From NCBI GenBank assembly GCA_030390025.1, contig CM059432.1, forward strand, positions 101,372,001-101,436,000: 64,000 nt of DNA, given 5' to 3'. Shown one piece after another: positions 50,441 to 62,402 of the stretch. The notes beneath the pieces were generated by a model. That model made no database searches. It had not been told where the DNA came from and saw nothing but the letters and a program-made list of their open reading frames with translations. The translations under genes and the position numbers were made by a program. Numbering within the stretch: position 1 is the first letter of the stretch; each line of letters begins with the position of its first letter. This DNA comes from Squalus acanthias (Eukaryota).

Positions 50441-50795
50441 TATACTTTCTTTAGAATCTCTGCCACCACACTACAAGAACAACTTGTATTTATATAGTCT
50501 CTAATGTAAAACAAAAAGTTCCAAGACACTTCACAAATGGGGTTAGATAGGGAAAACAAACAAAAAGCCAAGGAGGGAGAGATTAGCAGGGGTCTCGGAA
50601 AGCTTGGTCACAACAATAGGTTGTAAGAAGGTTTTTAAAGAAGAGAGAAGTGAAGGGGTTCAGGGTAGGACTGAGGGGGCTGAAGGCCTGGGTAACTGAT
50701 GTGAAGAGGGACGAACAAAAAGCCAGGCTTTAATGGAGTCTGGAGTTGCAACTTAAGAGTTACAAGTTAGCTGAGTCAAGAAAGTTGGAGCCAAA

Positions 50796-51762
50796 GTCCT
50801 CAAAATTCAATCGCGACCAAAAATGGGTGCACAGAGGTGCAGCATGCGCTGAAAGCGCTTATTCATGTGATCACAGGGTCCACGTGAAATTGGTGCTGGG
50901 GCCTCATTAAATGGGATTCCTGCATGCAGCCAGTGTTACCTGCGCTATTCATTGGCTGCACGCCTGTTTGGACGGGGAGCGAGGTGGGAAATCAGACGAC
51001 TTTGATGCCACTTAAAAGAATTCAGCTCCTCTTAAAGGGGAGGTGCACTCTGACTGCAGACAACAGGGAAACTTCCCAGATTGAAGAAAATGGCTGGAAG
51101 AGGTCCAGACAGGTCACACGGGTTCTCTGGTGCCATGTTAGAGGTCCTGGTCCAGGTGGTGGACAGGAGGAGGGAGATCCTTCTGTTCACCTCAGGGGGC
51201 AGAAAGCCCTCTAGTCAACACCTTCACCGCCAGTGGGAAGAGGTCGCTGTGGAGGGCAACGCCATAAGCATAGCTCCCAGGACATCACTGCAAATGCTTA
51301 TCAAGGTTAGAATAATGTTCCAGCCTCACTACTCACAATTACTTTCCTCCGCTGCTTCCCTTCACTCGCCTACAATCACAGCACCACACTTCAATCCTCT
51401 GCCTTCTCCTCATACTCACACACTCACCACAATTACAACCCTCACATCTTGCACACTGCATTCAAACTATTCAACTGTGACATGCGCATTCTCTAAACAC
51501 CTCACAATGATGTCACTAATATACTCCTTTCTGGCAGGTTTTTTCACAACTGATACTCTTGTTCCCTTCTTACTTTTATCTCATCTTACACACTCTGCAT
51601 GACAAACTGCAGCTGCTTTCACCAGCCACGTCTGTCTCTGCTCTCCCTTCACCTTGTCCCTCTATTTCAATTCAGATGTTGAAAATGTGGAGACACCTCT
51701 GCCACTTCAGGAAGAGGAGGCCAGCCTGTAAAACAGGCATGGCACCATCAAATTTCGAGGCC
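50796..51762 (+). mobile_element. Non-autonomous Harbinger retaining a Myb/SANT fragment
   Basis: TIRs gtcctcaaaatt / aatttcgaggcc, AAA flanks; FSGAMLEVLVQVVDRRREILL..QWEEVAVEGNAISIAPRT. Confidence 0.78.
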
Positions 51763-52513
51763 AAATTTATCACGACGCACTAAGGATTTTAAAATGTTCC
51801 AATCTGAAAGAAGGTGAAGAAAGCGGCCCAGTAAAAGAAACAGAAAGAAACTTGTGCAGCAGAAGAAGCTAGGAGAAGTCAAGAGAACCCTGTACAGGGC
51901 AGAGAAGTTTAATTATTACTGTGACAAGTAACTCAGTAAAATAAGTTCTCCAAATACAAGAATATAAAGTAACAGTTAATAAGTATATAACAACTAAAAA
52001 GTATATAAAACAAAATTCTTGATGAACAAGGGAATGAAAGTTAACTGCAGCACATCTGCAAAAGGCAGAACTAACATACTGGTGCGGTTCCTAATGAAGA
52101 GAGAAACAGAACTTGCTCACCTCAGGAGAATTCAGTGCGATTAATACTTTAATACTGAGTTTGGCATACAATGTGAAAAGTAATGAATTCTGAAACTCTA
52201 CACATACAAGGGCATATTTTCAGATCAGCAAAGTTCACGTATGAATGCTTAATGTGCTTGTACTATGTTCCTATGTGCACTATTTTTAGGTAGTCATTAA
52301 TCCATTTAACATAAACAGTTTAATATCTACCTAAAAATAGCACACAGAGCAATGCAACACAAGGGCATTAAGTTTTCAGACATAAATTGCATTGATCAGA
52401 AAATCAAGTAGATTATTTATTACTTGGAAAAACACAATTGCAGCATTCAATACTTACCTTTTTAATTGTGTTACTATTTAACACTACAAAGTGGCATCAT
52501 ACAGGAAGATGTT

Positions 52514-53620
52514 GGCCCAGATTATCCTGGGGACTTGCACCATTGCATCTACGGCATAGGAGCCCTTGAACTGCGCAAAAGAAAGAGGAAATTATGGAGT
52601 AAGTGACTTATGCCATTAATTATGACGGTCCATATTTTCCTGGGACTTTTGCACCACTCCGCCATTACTCTCTCCAGTTAGAAGGTAATTATCATAGTTC
52701 CGCCCCCATTAAAATCAACAGCGATCTCCATTTTTGTACATTTAAGCCAGTTTTTACACCATTGCCACTTAGACTTAAATAATAATGATGCTGGTAACCT
52801 GACTTGATATTGACTTTATAAAACATTCACTGAATCAGACTGAAAATAATTCTGAGCTCCTAAAGAATATGTTTCCTTTCAGAGCACAAATAACATTGGT
52901 CTCTGAGTCAAAGACAGAGCAAAGAACGATGTTTCAGCAAAATACCTGCGCTCAAGCAACGAGATTGTGTTGTTAGGGGACAAATAAACATCCATAAAAC
53001 ACCAGAGAATCACTTTCACCAACTGGTGTACATTTACCAGCCCTTACTAACTTCAGAGAACATCTTTTAATCACTGTTCTGTCTAAGCTTTGTATTTAAA
53101 AAAAAACTTTGAGATTTCAATAGAGTTTAAAACTCAAATGAAATACACAATTACTCAATTAAAATAAGACCAAATAGATGAAATGCAGCAGTGGCAAGCC
53201 TCAACATTCTGACTTTTTCTATAATTGCAAAAAGTGAAGCAGCTTTCTGAAAATTACAATCCAAAGTAGCATTTCTTTTTAAATGAACCTGGGAATCAAT
53301 TTGTTCAACTTTCAATGTAAACCTGTAGATTCCGGTATTGCTTCAATATAAATCGGCACACATGCTTTTTTTTAAAAAGTCTTTAAAGTCTATATGAAGT
53401 AAAATTAAGATGGCCGTTACCGGTTCCCTTCTGTAAAAACAAATTCCTTTTTTGGCCATTGGCTGCACCACTTCCGATTCGCCACTATCCTCACTGGGGC
53501 ATATTCAAATTAGTGTTCCAGTAAAACTTGGTGTAAATTTGCCACTGGAGGATCAGGGCGCACAATGATCTAACTTACAGTGCTCGTCACCAAAATCGTC
53601 AATGCTGGAAAATCTGGGCC
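52514..53620. mobile_element. Harbinger-type MITE
   Basis: TIRs ggcccagattatcc / ggaaaatctgggcc. Confidence 0.6.
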
Positions 53621-55059
53621 ATCATTTTGTAGTTTTAAACACTAGGACATTTTCATGAAAGACCAATCAAGAGCTAGGAGTCCAATAAATGGTGAAACAC
53701 AAAAGGATGTCAAAATTATTGTAATTTGCAACTTTTTTTTTAGAAGGTGTATTAAGACTCTTAAACAGAAAATTATTTCCGTTTACTTCAGTGCAGAATT
53801 TGATAATTAATCATATTCATATCACATATTTATTTGAGCCCAATATTATTTAAGGATCACGTAGCTTGACTTTGTTCTCAAACCACAAGAACACGCATTA
53901 ATGTGAAGAATGTTTCAATAAGCAAGCACATCGTCAAAATTTAACATCAATTAGCATTAGAAAAATAAGATAAATTTGTTTCCTTTATTTTGTCACTGCA
54001 TTGAATTGATAAAACATTGGTTCAATACTGATCAATGGCTAGCAGATGGTATTATCACAATTTAAGACATGCTTTGCAGTACACCACTAACTGAGTCAAC
54101 TTGCAACATGATTCTTATCTGGATTATAAATTTACATTACACAATCATTCCTGGCCTTTGGACACACCGATCTTTCATTTGTATTCTAGTTTCTGACAGT
54201 CATTGCATACTATCTATCTGTGAATCATTCTTAATCAGACTAAACAATGAACAATGGTGTAACCATCACCGGCCATGATTTATTTTGCTGGGACCATAGT
54301 TGTGATGGTGATGGAGTTGGATTTTATTCAATGTTCAGACTGGGAATGTCTTATAGCCAAGTTTTGGATCAAGTACTTTCAAAGTCCCTTGAAATCCAGA
54401 CACTCAAGAAATGGAAAATGCTTTTGGCATCTGTTCAATTTCTGCCATTTTCATCTTCATGCAGCTTGTCTACTACCTTCAATAGAATTGAATCATCTTC
54501 CCCTTCATATACTATATTCTTGATTAATAACTTCAACTACCAGCACGTGAATTAGCTAAGCAACAATAAGATGACAATGGCCATGCTGCATTTTTCTTTA
54601 CAAATAGTGCGATCAAACAACTTCTCAACTAAAATTAGCACCTAAATAGATCTGGTATTGACTGTTGCCCTAAGTTACCTGAAAGTGTTCAATAAAACAT
54701 CATGGAAATGAATTTTTGCAGCAGTTTTCCTGCTCTTCCACTGTAAACTTCAGCAGAAGAGCTGTGGAAACTCCAGTAAAATGGCATAACCAGTGTAGCA
54801 GTAGCATTGGGAAACAAAGAAAACATTTAGAGATTTGATGAAAAGCTGTCTGAAATTCAAGGTGCAGCATTAAAAGTTCCATCCGAGTAGGGCAAACTAT
54901 TCAGCCATTTAAAATCAGGTGCAGAAAAAAATAAATGTTACTGTGAGAAATTATTCCTTCGAGTGGCAGAGGGAGATGGGGTTCTCAGTACATCTGATGA
55001 ATTAACTGCTTCTCAGTAAATGTTTGTCTAATCAACAAGAGAGGTAAAAGGCAGACACT

Positions 55060-57111
55060 GGGCTAAAAATTCAATTAGGTCAGAAAACGGGCGCCGGGAT
55101 CACGATGCGCGATTGGCCCGCGCCCATTGAAAGTAATGCAGGCAGCATGCGACCTTCGTGCTGCCTGCTAATTACCATGATTGATACGTGCAACCCAGCG
55201 CTGAGCGTGCTGCTGAGTGGCTGAACGCTCAGCAGGGAGCGGAAGTTCATGTGAGGCGAGCTCTATTTAAAGCTAGCCGCCACTTTTAAAGGCAGTCTGC
55301 ACCTCTTAAAGGTGAAGCGCATTCTGCATTTAAGCAGCTGCTGGAACTGCTTGTCAAGGCAACTGTGACTCAGTAATGGCTCAACAGGGCAGAGAAAAGG
55401 CACCAAGGTTCTCCGACGCAGCACTAGAGGCCTTAGTGCAGGGTGTAGAAAGGAGGAGACAGGTCCGCTACCCACAGGGGGTCAGGAGGCCCTCCAGACT
55501 CACAGTCAGAAGGCAGTGGGAGCATTATAGTTGAAGCGGTCACTACCAGTAGTCATGCCCTGCGGACCTGGATCCAGTGCCGAAAGAAGTTCAATAACCT
55601 CACACGGGCATTCACGAGCATGATGTGCTGGCCATGGTCGCACACCAACTGCACATTAGGTGAATCACAGAATCACAGAATCCCCACAGTGCAGATAGAG
55701 GCCATTTCGGCCCATCGAGCCTGCACCGACACATATCCCACCCTATCCCCGTAACCCCACGTATTTAATCCCCCTAACACTAAGGTTCAATTTATCATAG
55801 CCAAATCAACCTAACCCACACATCTTTGGACTGTGGGAGGAAACCGGAGCACCCGGAGGAAACCCACGCAGACACGGGGAGAATGTGCAAACTCCACACA
55901 GACAGTCACCCGAGGCCGGATTCGAACCCGGGTCCCTGGCGCTGTGAGGCAACAGTGCTAACCACTATGCCACCGTGTTGCCCTTTGTGGTTTCGGAACC
56001 TCTCACCATTGAAATGCGGTGCCCGCAGCCACGTGTGTGCAGTCAATGGCATCCTGCAGCATGGAAAACCCGATATCCTGGCAAAGCCACGTGCGTGCTC
56101 CTCCTGCTTCTCTCTGTTTAGAGGGAAGACAATGAAGTCCCCTCTCCTAGCATACTCTGTGACCTCCTGGATGCAGCAATGGACGGCAAACTGCGAGATA
56201 TTTGCTATGTCACCTCTTCCAGTCAGGAAGGATTCGCTGGTGAAAAAATTCAGGGCCACTGTCATCTTAAGGACCACTGGGAGAACTGTTATCACCCTGC
56301 TCTGAGGCAGCAGGTCTGGTTCCAAGAGGTGGCAGAGTTCTGTTACCACCTCCTTGGTGAAGTGGAGCCGCCGAATACACTGCTCCTGGCCTAGGTGCAG
56401 GTAGAAGTGCTCCCTGAAAACTCTAGGTGGGTAAGGCCTCCTGCTGAGAGCCCTCCTCCCCCTTCTCCTCCCCCTCACCCTCTGTGAGCAGCTTGTCTTC
56501 TTTGCTGCCTCTGCTCCATCTCCCTGTCATGTTGCAGCGCAAGTAGAGCCCCGATGACTGGGAGCAAGTGGTGTACTCAGAGGCCTTCCAGTAGCAGCCA
56601 ATGCCTTCCCAACATCCAGCAGCACTCCCTGCACACTTTAACAACTTTTGAAATCTCAGCAACCCAGTACTCCTGCAAACTCTGCAAGAGCTGGCACAAA
56701 AGCAATAAAGCAACTTACCTGCAAGTTGGATGTATCCTTTTAAGTAGCACTTGTGGGGTGTCCCTCGTGCAGATGAATGCACCTTCAACTGTGTGTGTTT
56801 AGGAGAGGGTGTTGAATAGAGCGGCGACGTCGAAAATGGCAGGTCGTGCGTCAAGTCAGCATTACACAGTGACTGATGTCACGGTCGGCCTACTCTGTAT
56901 ACTGCCGGCACACGCACGTACCGCCTGCACTATCGCCCTCATCAAGACGGCGAACAGCACGGGCCGCACCGGAAGTGGGCGGAAACGAGGCGGACGTAAT
57001 TTTATTTTTTTTAAATGGCCAAAATAACTGGTGCTGTGGTGTTGAATTTCGCGGCCCCAGTCTTCTGAAGAACAGTCTTCCTACTGGCAACTGTGTCGGA
57101 AAATACGGCCC
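55060..57111. mobile_element. Internally deleted PIF/Harbinger transposon with a SINE insertion
   Basis: ACT on both sides. Plus Myb/SANT 55376-55609 (MAQQGREKAPRFSDAALEALVQGVERRR..RTWIQCRKKFNNLTR). Minus transposase about 55610-56555 (RRPYPPRVFRE..CIRRLHF..TVALNFF..ISQFAVH..NVQLVCDH). Confidence 0.88.
55662..55983 (-). mobile_element. tRNA-derived V-SINE (HE1-like) with CR1-type tail
   Basis: A box tggcatagtgg, B box gttcgaatcc, V-domain-like gtggagtttgcacattctccccgtgtctgcgtgggtttcctccgggtgctccggtttcctccca, tail (gattctgt)n. Confidence 0.9.
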
Positions 57112-59560
57112 ACTGTTTTTTTAATGATAAATTGATGTGCCTGCTCTTATCACCATCTATGCGGGGGTCCTTTATGGAATAATAATTGTCCCCATACTTT
57201 TTCTCCTAGTCATCAGCTCCTCCTAAATGCCATGAAAAGTGTTAGTCTTTTTGCTAATGATATTGCCATTTATCAACTGTACAGCTCAAACCTCTGTTTT
57301 TTATATTATTGCAGAATCTGTTGCAGATCGGTCAAGGAGTGATTTGATGAGGGCTCCATTGTGTTTGATTAATTAAGTAGCTGCAGAGCACCACTGAGTG
57401 ACTCAAACATTAATGTCTGTATCATAAAATAAACATATTGATTTCAAAGCTAATTGCCTGTACTTCATTATTTTGCAATGAATGGACTTTCATTCAGAAA
57501 TAATTTCTTATACTATGCTAATGCTTATTACTAGATCTGCAGTAAATTAGGCAATGCAACAAAGTTAGGAATCATGTAATATATATATATATACAGTATA
57601 TATTAAAATCTGGTGCAGATAATCAATGTTGACTTACAACTGAAGGGATTTTTCTGTATCCTATTATATTGGGCCAGGAATATAAATGTAACTTTATAAA
57701 TGCTTAACTACGCCAATAAACATTCTGCATTCTACTACAACCTAAGCGATTTAACATCCATAGCTACAGGTATTTCCATAAATACTGTCGCAATTGATCA
57801 CTACAACTTCAAGTTTGACTATCACTTAATTTACCAAGAGTGAATGTCAGTTTTGTACTACCAAATGCAACATTGGTTTTACGAATAATATGAAAAGAAA
57901 GCCAGCTAATAATGAGAGAAATGCAACAACAGTTGATCTTTACAGAGATTTTGAGAAGATTATGTAATCAGCAATCTGTTCACAATATCTGTACTGTTAA
58001 TTAACTACTAACATTAAGTGAAAAGCATTGACCCAGATGCTGGTGCCAAGATAAGCATAATTGCTAATGCCAAAAATGACAAGTTTTGCATTTACTGCAA
58101 GCAAGTATGTCATTGAAATCAACTTGAGTCTTCCAGCTTTGTCTTCGTATCATAATTTTACCTTGCTTCATTACATCTGACATGGCAACATCATTCACTT
58201 TATTCATTAACACATCTTGGCGCTTCCCATTATTTTAATTTCAATTTCATTCCTAACTTATTCAACTTAGCATCTTACAATGTATGTTAAATTATTGAAT
58301 CACATTCTGTACTTACTGTTGATTAATTGGACCCTCTGGTATAATGGGGTAGAAATTGGACCTCGTAATGCCCATTTCGTGCACGTAAAATGAATGCAAT
58401 GCGGTCTGCTTCCAGGTCCAACGTCCAAAATTGGGTTGGACCATTAGTCAGGCATCACTGAAGCTATCTCAATCTTCTAGATATCTAGCTAAAATATAGT
58501 TATAGAGCAAAAACGTTTTACATTTTAATTCTAAGCTCAGTGTTGTGAATAAATTAATTTAGTTATTCATGTCAGAAGTCAATGAGTTGGAAGCCTACCT
58601 CTCAACACTACATGGTCAACATGATTATTTACTGTGTTTATATCAATGTCCTTTGACTAAGGCAGCTTTTGTCAACAACTGTTACCATCTCACAAAAACT
58701 GATGGGTCTGCACTTAACCTCTTGGGCCGTATTTTGCGACCCCCACGGGTACGTATGAGGTGTGTACTCGCCCGTAGGGGCCGCGCAAGTGCTGGTTTCA
58801 GGCATGCGTTGAAACCCGGCACTTGCGATCTGTCAAGAAATTCTTGACAGATCATTCGCATGCCCAAGAAAAGTGCCTCTGCGCTTTTGGCACAACTTCC
58901 ACCCGCTGAATGCCCGTCAAATTCTTACGCCTGGTAAAAGCAGGTGTAAGGCCTACATTTACCAGCTTAACAGTTTAAAAAAATAGAAAAATGAAATTTG
59001 ATAACTCATTTATAAATTAAAAATACTCTTCAAAAAGGTAAGATTATTTTTAGCCCCGTAAAGACATATTGGGCCGTATTTTCCGATCGGAGGCTTCCTG
59101 CGTGCGGAGGCCTCCGATCTGGAAAAAATCTACAGACTTACCTGAGGGCTCCCGAGGTGTGTATAATTCCGATGCTGGGCCTCTCCAACTCCAAGTGTGC
59201 AGGGCCTACGTATCCCAGGGGCGCATGCGGTTCGCAAGCGTCCCTGGATCACGTGGGCCATGGGGAGCCAATCAAAGAAGGGATTTTCCCTTCATACACT
59301 TGACAGATAGACCTGTCAAATATATGAATGGAGATCACCCCTAAAACACTTTAAAACATTAAATACATTTTTTTTTAAATCACATTTTTAAAATTAGTTG
59401 AAATTACAATAAATTAAGTATTTTAAACAAAAATGTAATTTTTTGAAAAAAATAATTAAAGTTTTTTACGGGGCTAAAAATAAACTTACCTTTTTTAATA
59501 ACAACAGAAAACGCTGGAAAAACTCAGCAGGCCAGGCAGCATCCGTGGAGAGAGAAAGAG

Positions 59561-59597
59561 AGTTAACGTTTCAGGTCGATGACCTTTCATCAGAACT
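59561..59597 (-). ncRNA. Minimal type I hammerhead ribozyme motif
   Basis: agtt-CTGATGA-a-aggtc atc gacct-GAAA-CG-TT-aact. Confidence 0.82.
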
Positions 59598-59873
59598 GGG
59601 AAGAGCTGGAAATCAAATAGATTTAAGGCCAGGGTAAAGCTGGGAAAAGGGGGAGGGGATAAAGGAACAAAGGAGGAGATGAAGAGACATTAAGAGACAT
59701 TAAGAGATATGCAAGGCTAGAGGTGGTGTTAATGTGACAGATTAAGGCTGAATGAAGTGTGAAATCTACTGGCAGAATGAAGGACAGCTGCCAGCTTCTA
59801 GGAGGAAAAAAAAGGTGGGGGGGACAAATAAAAGGGTAGATAAAATAAAATATAAATGTGATTGGAGCTGAGG

Positions 59874-61238
59874 TTATGATCTAAAATTGTTGAACTCGAT
59901 ATTGAGTCCAGAGGGCTGTAGCGTGCCTAAACGAAAGATGAGGTGCTGTTCCTCGAGCTTACGCTGAGCTTCCGTGGAACAGTGTATTAGGCCGAGGACG
60001 GTGAGGTCAGAGTGGGAGTGAAGCGGTGAATTAAAGTGACAGGCCACCGGGAGCTCGGGGTCCCCCTTACGGACTGAACGGAGGTGTTCCGCAAAGCGGT
60101 CACCCAATCTGCGTTTGGTCTCCCCAATGTAGAGGAGTCCACATCGTGAGCAGCGAATACAGTATACTAAATTGCAGGAAGTACAAGTAAATCGCTGTTT
60201 CACCTGGAAGGGGTGTTTGGGGCCCTGGACAGTGGGAAGAGGGGAGGTATAAGGGCATGTGTTGCATCTCCTGCGCGTGCACGGGAAGGTGCCGGGCGAA
60301 GGGGAAGGGGTGCTGGGGGTGGTAGAGGAGTGGACTAGGGTGTCGCGGAGGGAGCGGTCCCTGCGGAATGCTGAAAGGGGAGGTGAGGGGAAGATGTGTT
60401 TGGTGGTGGGATCACGCTGGAGGTGGCGGAAATGGCGGAGGATGATCCGTTGAATGTGGAGGCTGGTGGGGTGAAAGGTGAGGACAAGGGGAACCCTATC
60501 GTGGTTCCGGGAGGGAGGGGCAGGGGTGAGGGCAGAAGTGCGGGAGATAGAACGGACACGGTCGAGGGCCGTGTCGACCACGGTAGAGGGGAATCCTCGG
60601 TTGAGGAAAAAGGAAGACATGTCGGAAGCACTGGTATGGAAGGTGGCATCATCAGAGCAGATGCGGCGGAGACGGAGAAACTGGGAGAATGGAATAGAGT
60701 CCTTACAGGAGGCGGGGTGGGAGGAAGTGTAGTCCAGGTAGCTGTGGGAGTCGGTGGGCTTGTAGTGAATGTTAGTCAATAACCTATCCCCAGAGATGGA
60801 GATGGAGAAGTCGAGGAAGGGAAGAGAAGAGTCGGAGATGGACCATGTGAAGGTGAGGGAAGGGTGGAAATTGGAAGCATAGTGAATGAAATGTTCTAGT
60901 TCAGGGCGAGAGCAGGAGACGGCACCGATACAGTCATCAATGTACCGGAAAAAGAGGTGAGGGAGGGGACCCGAGTAGGACTGGAACAAAGAGTGTTCCA
61001 CATATCCCACGAAAAGGCAGGCATAGCTAGGACCCATGCGGGTACCCATAGCAACACCTTTAATTTGGAGGAAATGGGTAGAGTCAAAGGAGAAGTTGTT
61101 CAATGTGAGAACAAGTTCAGCCAGGCGGAGGAGGGTGGTGGTGGATGGGGACTGGTTGGGCCTCTGTTCAAGGAAGAAGCGGAGCGCCCTCAGGCCATCC
61201 TGGTGGGGAATGGAGGTGTAGAGGGATTGTACGTCCAT
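59874..61238 (-). CDS. Penelope RT plus GIY-YIG endonuclease, N-terminally truncated but uninterrupted (454 aa)
   Basis: MDVQSLYTSIP, QIKGVAMGTRMGPSYA, FRYIDD, NLVYCIRCSRCGLLYIGETKRRLGDRFAEH, GLN. Confidence 0.93.
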   Translation of the reverse strand: MDVQSLYTSIPHQDGLRALRFFLEQRPNQSPSTTTLLRLAELVLTLNNFSFDSTHFLQIKGVAMGTRMGPSYACLFVGYVEHSLFQSYSGPLPHLFFRYIDDCIGAVSCSRPELEHFIHYASNFHPSLTFTWSISDSSLPFLDFSISISGDRLLTNIHYKPTDSHSYLDYTSSHPASCKDSIPFSQFLRLRRICSDDATFHTSASDMSSFFLNRGFPSTVVDTALDRVRSISRTSALTPAPPSRNHDRVPLVLTFHPTSLHIQRIILRHFRHLQRDPTTKHIFPSPPLSAFRRDRSLRDTLVHSSTTPSTPSPSPGTFPCTRRRCNTCPYTSPLPTVQGPKHPFQVKQRFTCTSCNLVYCIRCSRCGLLYIGETKRRLGDRFAEHLRSVRKGDPELPVACHFNSPLHSHSDLTVLGLIHCSTEAQRKLEEQHLIFRLGTLQPSGLNIEFNNFRS

Positions 61239-62402
61239 AGTGAAGACTACTTTTTTAATGTAGTTTTAAATGATAAATGAGTGAAAACATTTTTTTTTAC
61301 TTTTTTCAAATTTTATGCTGCTAAAAGCAGGCCTTACGCCTGCTTTTACCAGGCGTAAGATTTCTAAGGGTTTTCTGCGGGTGGAGGTTCTCCAGAAAGC
61401 GGAACTATCCGCCCGCAGAGGCCCTTCTCCAGGGCAGGCGTCCGATCTGTCAAGAGCATTCTTAACAGATCGGAAATGTCGGTTTTCAGCGCATGCGCTT
61501 GGCATGCCTGAAACTGGCATTTCCGATGTCCCTACGGATGTGTGTACACACCTGCAGGGATCGGAAAATACGGCCCATAATTTTTTTTCCCAAAAAATTA
61601 AAACTTTTAAAAAAATATTTAATTAAATGGCACTTTCATTAATTTTAAATATGTAATGTTTTTAAAAAATTTATTTAATGTGTTGGTGTATTTTTAAGTG
61701 ATCCCCATTCATACTTATGACAGTTCTGTACGTACAGAACTATCAAAAGGTTGAATGGGGATTCCCTTCTTCCATTGGTTGGGCCAGCCCATGTGATCCC
61801 GGAGCGCCTACGAACCGCTTGCGCCCCGGGATACGTGGGGCTCTACCCGCGCAGACCCAGAGAGGCTCAGGAGCGCAAGCCGCCATTCCACCCGGGCCAC
61901 CGGGTACTTTCGTAGGCATTTTGCCGGTCGGAGGCGTCCGCCCGCGGGAAGCCTCCGATCGCAAATGTTGGCCCATTATGATCTGTTGACAGTTGCGGTT
62001 CCTATTAATGCTCAGTCTATTTACATTCATAGTAATGCTTGCTAAAACAGGTGGGAATCACACCATACACTTTGGTAGTTAAGGCCAAGAAGCACACAGA
62101 GACATTATACATTATCCTTAACTAGGCTTTTCCTTAGCTGTTACATTTTACCCCAGAGAGTGATTCAATGTGCTAATTCATCTCCATATTTTTCTAATAA
62201 TAAACATTTCATTTAGTAGACTCTTTCTATAACACAGATTTTGTGAGCCACACAAAATGACAATTGAATGGCTTCTGTATTCACAGAATGTAGTTTTAAA
62301 TGATAAATGGGAGCCTTAAACAACAGAGGTCATAGAATGGCAGTGTGTTAAGAGTGCTGTAACGAGGACTAACAATATGTTGCAAGAATGGTTTCAGACA
62401 AT

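Larger units (their letters stand above)
59500..61249 (-). mobile_element. Penelope-like retroelement, 5'-truncated, with 10-bp TSD
   Basis: cttttttaat at 59490-59499 and 61250-61259; RT+GIY-YIG ORF; 3' pseudo-LTR with hammerhead. Confidence 0.95.
59071..61576 (+). mobile_element. Hairpin-chain MITE subfamily A, inserted in the B copy and split by a Penelope element
   Basis: Perfect 18-bp TIRs gggccgtattttccgatc / gatcggaaaatacggccc; flanks att/ata. Confidence 0.9.
58724..61974 (-). mobile_element. Hairpin-chain MITE subfamily B, outer member of a nest (own sequence 58724-59070 and 61577-61974)
   Basis: Both halves are the reverse complement of 40513-41243 and join across the insert. Confidence 0.88.

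Noticed and set aside
55900..55983. tRNA-like sequences here and at about 33095-33182, 49145-49233 and 17555-17644
   Set aside because: They are retroelement heads followed by SINE/LINE bodies, not tRNA genes.
61690..61770. gttctgtacgtacagaac vs gttccgtacgtacggaac as compensatory evolution
   Set aside because: Both changes are CpG transitions and can arise by deamination alone.
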